Assembly: GCA_963850305.1 (NCBI GenBank)
Contig: CAWKKR010000011.1
Span: forward strand, 398,473 to 462,472
Length of the DNA stretch: 64,000 nt
Reading direction: 5' to 3'
DNA from: an uncultured delta proteobacterium
Lineage (GTDB): Bacteria; Myxococcota_A; Polyangia; Polyangiales; Polyangiaceae
Position 1 is the stretch's first letter, and each line of letters starts with the position of its first letter. Position numbers and translations under genes: made by a program. Below, piece by piece: positions 60,694-64,000 of the stretch. The notes under the pieces are model-generated. The model was not told the DNA's origin. It saw only the letters and a list, made by a program, of their open reading frames with translations, and ran no database searches.

Positions 60694-61962
60694 ATTACTA
60701 CCGAGAGCGTCAAGAAAAAGCACCCGAAAGCAATCGTTCTGACATCGCACCCCGGGGGGCATGGTCCGAAGCCGATTGCGATTCGCTGGGGCGCGTCCGA
60801 CCCGATGGTACGCGGCCCGCTCATCGGGACGGTGACGACCAAGAGCCAGCGCAACGTGATCGGCACCCACGCTGGCGCGTATTCACTTTACCGCGCGCTC
60901 GCCGTCGCAGCAGGCGCACTCGATCCACTGAAGAAACCCGACCTCACGAACACCGCGCCCACACACGCGCTCGGGCCGCACGCTCAATGGTTCGATCCGG
61001 TCCGGATCGTGTCGCTGGATCCGTTCGGCGCGGTCGTGAGCGACGCATTTCGATCCTACTTCGACCAGGGCTACGATATCCGTCCCACCATCGCCGTGAC
61101 GAAGGCGCACATCCGGTTGCCCGAGCTCGCCGAAGCCGTGAGCAAAGGCCGCCTCGACGCCGACGGACGCGTGCTCAAGGCGAACGGCGATGTCGTGGTG
61201 GTCAAGGCCGCGATCGAGCCGGTCTGGTATCTGCCGGGCGTCGCAAAGCGATTTGGTTGTGACGAATCGGATCTGCGCCGGACCCTGTTCGAGCACACCG
61301 CCGGCATGTTCCCGGAGCTCGTGACCCGGAGCGACCTCGAGGTGTTCTTGCCGCCGATCGGCGGCACGACCGTCTACATGTTCGGCGACGTCGCGTCGAT
61401 CTCGGATCCGACGAAGCCGCTCGCCGTGCGCGTTCACGACGAGTGCAATGGGTCGGACGTCTTCGGCTCCGACATCTGCACGTGCCGGCCCTACCTCGCG
61501 CACGGGATCGAGGAATGCGTCCGGATGGCCCAGAGCGGCGGTTCGGGAGTGGTCGTGTACAACCGCAAGGAGGGGCGCGCCCTCGGCGAGGTGACGAAGT
61601 TCCTCGTCTACAACGCCCGAAAGCGGCAGGAGGGTGGCGACCGCGCCGACCAATACTTCGCGCGGACGGAATGCGTCGCGGGCGTCCAGGACATGCGCTT
61701 TCAGGAGCTCATGCCGGATGTCCTCCATTATCTCGGCATCTCGAAGATCGATCGCTTCGTCTCGATGAGCAACATGAAGCACGACGCCCTAGTGCACGCG
61801 GGCATCGAGATCGTCACGCGGGTCGCCATCCCCGACGAGCTGATTCCGGAGGACGCTCGCGTCGAGATGGATGCGAAGACCGCCGCCGGTTATTACACGC
61901 CGGGCAGCGTTCCGGGGCTCGACGAGCTCGCGAAGCCGAAGGGACGCTCGCTCGTCGAGTGA
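60694..61962 (+). CDS. URC1-like GTP cyclohydrolase II family protein; start probably upstream of the ORF-track ATG
   Basis: IVLTSHP..IRWGA.DP, RVHDECNGSDVFGSDICTC, KEGRALG and SMSNMK. Confidence 0.88.
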   Translation: MTTESVKKKHPKAIVLTSHPGGHGPKPIAIRWGASDPMVRGPLIGTVTTKSQRNVIGTHAGAYSLYRALAVAAGALDPLKKPDLTNTAPTHALGPHAQWFDPVRIVSLDPFGAVVSDAFRSYFDQGYDIRPTIAVTKAHIRLPELAEAVSKGRLDADGRVLKANGDVVVVKAAIEPVWYLPGVAKRFGCDESDLRRTLFEHTAGMFPELVTRSDLEVFLPPIGGTTVYMFGDVASISDPTKPLAVRVHDECNGSDVFGSDICTCRPYLAHGIEECVRMAQSGGSGVVVYNRKEGRALGEVTKFLVYNARKRQEGGDRADQYFARTECVAGVQDMRFQELMPDVLHYLGISKIDRFVSMSNMKHDALVHAGIEIVTRVAIPDELIPEDARVEMDAKTAAGYYTPGSVPGLDELAKPKGRSLVE

Positions 61963-63186
61963 CGGAGACGGTGTCCTCACCGAGTGACTCGGAGCTGCGG
62001 GAGCTTGCGTACTTGCGGACGCCGCAGGCCATCCGCGAACGCGCGGGCCAGCTCTACGCGCGCGGCGTGGACGGACGGCTCCGTCATTTCGACGTCGACG
62101 AATCGAAGCTCGACGCGATCGTGGCCCGCGTCGTGGCGGTCACGAACGCAGCATATCCGGACGTCCACGCCATTCCGTACCACTCGAGGTGGCGCCACTT
62201 CCACGCAGGAGGCGTCGATCGGGTTGCAGCGCTCGCCTGGCCACGCGACCCCGAGGAGCGACTTCGTTCGAAGATCGAGCTTGTCGTGACGAGCGTGTTG
62301 CTCGACGCAGGCGCCGGCGAGCACTGGACGTACCGCGAAGTCGGTGGCGCGACGTACGCGCGCTCCGAGGGGCTCGCCGTCGCGAGCTTCCATCTGTTTT
62401 CGAGCGGTACGCTATCGTCTCGACCGCTGGAGTCTCCGCTTCGCGCCGATGCGGACGTCCTCGCCCGGCTCCCGGACGACACGGTGGGCGCGGCGTTTCG
62501 AAATTCGCAGCAACAACCCCTTGATCGGCATCGCGGGGCGCGCGGCATTGCTACGGAAGCTCGGTGAGACGGTGCGGACCACGCCGTCGTATTTCGGGAG
62601 CGACGCGCGGCTCGGCAACTTCGGTACCGGTCTCTCTGCGCAGGCCGTCGACGCGATGCTGCCGGCACGCGCCGTGCTCGATGCGGTGCTGCGCGGATTC
62701 GGCGCGATCTGGCCGGGGCGCGAGATCCTGGCGGGAGAAGATCTCGGCGACGTCTGGACGCATCCGGACGTCGGACGGGTGCCGTTTCACAAACTGTCGC
62801 AGTGGCTCACGTACTCGGTGTGCGAATCCCTGGAAGAAGACGGCGTGACGATCACAGGCTGGGACGAGCTCACGGGGCTCGCCGAGTACAGAAACGGCGG
62901 CCTGTTCCTGGATGGAGGAGTCATCGTTGCCAGGGACCCACTAATTTTCCAGGAGACGCATCCGGTATCGTCCAGCGTGGTGGTCGAATGGAGGGGGCTT
63001 ACCGTGGCTCTCCTGGATCGCGTCGCTGCTCGAACCCGCGCGGCCCTCGGGCTCTCGGTGGCCGAGCTACCTCTCGCGAAGGTGCTCGAAGGCGGCACGT
63101 GGCGGGCCGGACGCGAGCTCGCCCGCGAGAAACGTGCGAACGGCGGCCCTCCCCTCCGCGTCCACAGCGACGGCACGGTCTTCTGA
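61959..63186 (+). CDS. URC4/Urg3 (DUF1688) family protein; +1 frameshift near 62497
   Basis: [45 protein letters not shown] and SDGTVF. Confidence 0.85.
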
Positions 63187-63200
63187 ATACAAGGATTCGC

Positions 63201-63833
63201 ATGAGCCCCATCGTCCACGTGATCGATCATCCGCTGGTTTTGCACAAGCTGACGCTGATGCGTCAGAAGGAACGCAGCACGAACTCATTCCGGAATCTCC
63301 TGTCCGAGATCAGTCTACTTCTCGCGTACGAAGTCACGCGCGAGCTTCCTCTCGTCTACGAAGAGATCGAGACCCCGTTCGCGAAGATGCGCGCGCCGCT
63401 TCTCGAGGGCAAGAAGGTCGTCCTCGTCAGCATCCTGCGCGCGGGCGCCGGCATGGTCGATGGCATGCTGCGCATCTTGCCGTCCGCACGGGTCGGACAC
63501 ATCGGGCTTTATCGCGATCCAGAGACGCTCGGCGCCGTCGAATATTATTTCAAGATGCCGAGCGAGGTCGGCGACCGGGACGTCATCGTGATGAATCCCG
63601 TGCTCGCCACCGGGAACACGGCGGTCGCGGCGATCGATCGCGTGAAGACGGCGAGCCCGAAGTCGATCCGCTTCGCGTGCATCCTCGCGGCTCCCGAGGG
63701 GGTCGCAAACTTCCACGAGGCGCACCCCGACGTGCCGTTATATACGACCGCGATCGACGAGCGCCTCGACGAGCGCGGTTACATTCTGCCGGGCCTGGGC
63801 GACGCAGGAGATCGGATGTACGGGACGAAGTGA
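63201..63833 (+). CDS. upp: uracil phosphoribosyltransferase
   Basis: [24 protein letters not shown] and [12 protein letters not shown]. Confidence 0.95.
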   Translation: MSPIVHVIDHPLVLHKLTLMRQKERSTNSFRNLLSEISLLLAYEVTRELPLVYEEIETPFAKMRAPLLEGKKVVLVSILRAGAGMVDGMLRILPSARVGHIGLYRDPETLGAVEYYFKMPSEVGDRDVIVMNPVLATGNTAVAAIDRVKTASPKSIRFACILAAPEGVANFHEAHPDVPLYTTAIDERLDERGYILPGLGDAGDRMYGTK

Positions 63834-63925
63834 CCGCTCGACGGTCAGTGACGTCGCCGGATCGGCACGTGCGATCATCTTGACGCGAGCGCCGAACGCG
63901 ACGATCTCTCGCGTCGCTCCCACTT

Positions 63926-63999
63926 GCGCCCGTAGCTCAGCTGGATAGAGCGGTGGATTTCTAATCCACTGGTCGGGGGTTCGAATCCCTCCGGGCGTG
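63926..63999 (+). tRNA. tRNA-Arg(TCT)
   Basis: GCGCCCG/CGGGCGT acceptor stem, AGCTCAGCTGGATAGAGC D arm, GTGGA-TTTCTAA-TCCAC and GGTTCGAATCC. Confidence 0.95.
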
Positions 64000-64000
64000 C

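Noticed and set aside
174..63923. Numerous long Arg/Ala/Pro-rich alternative-frame and antisense ORFs (e.g. 26308-27681, 37345-39138, 54432-56126)
   Set aside because: These are expected shadows of real genes in high-GC DNA and carry no recognisable motifs.

Overview
GC-rich bacterial chromosomal window, most likely a Myxococcota (Polyangia-like) genome. This is inferred from the gene repertoire: Ser/Thr kinase with PEGA domain, zinc-ribbon/TPR protein, Cys-rich lipoproteins and sigma54 systems. About 60 genes are present. Housekeeping genes include lipB, mnmA, tilS, ftsH, cca, cysD/cysNC, aat, rfbD, sppA, sspB, uppS, udk and upp. There are c-di-GMP and two-component regulators and two tRNAs (Ser-GCT, Arg-TCT). 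The most unusual stretch is 40.0-46.5 kb, an accessory hotspot downstream of tRNA-Ser. It holds a 36-unit, 21-bp-period mosaic tandem array, a HEPN-MNT toxin-antitoxin pair, an AAA_21 ATPase plus TOPRIM-like pair (PARIS/AbiL-like), a deleted remnant of a diverged allele of a neighbouring gene, and several copies of the tRNA 3' end. At 57.6-63.8 kb a uracil-handling cluster joins SMUG1 and udk to URC-type catabolic genes. Three single-base frameshifts at short homopolymers suggest sequencing indels. All calls come from reading motifs by eye; no database searches were run.
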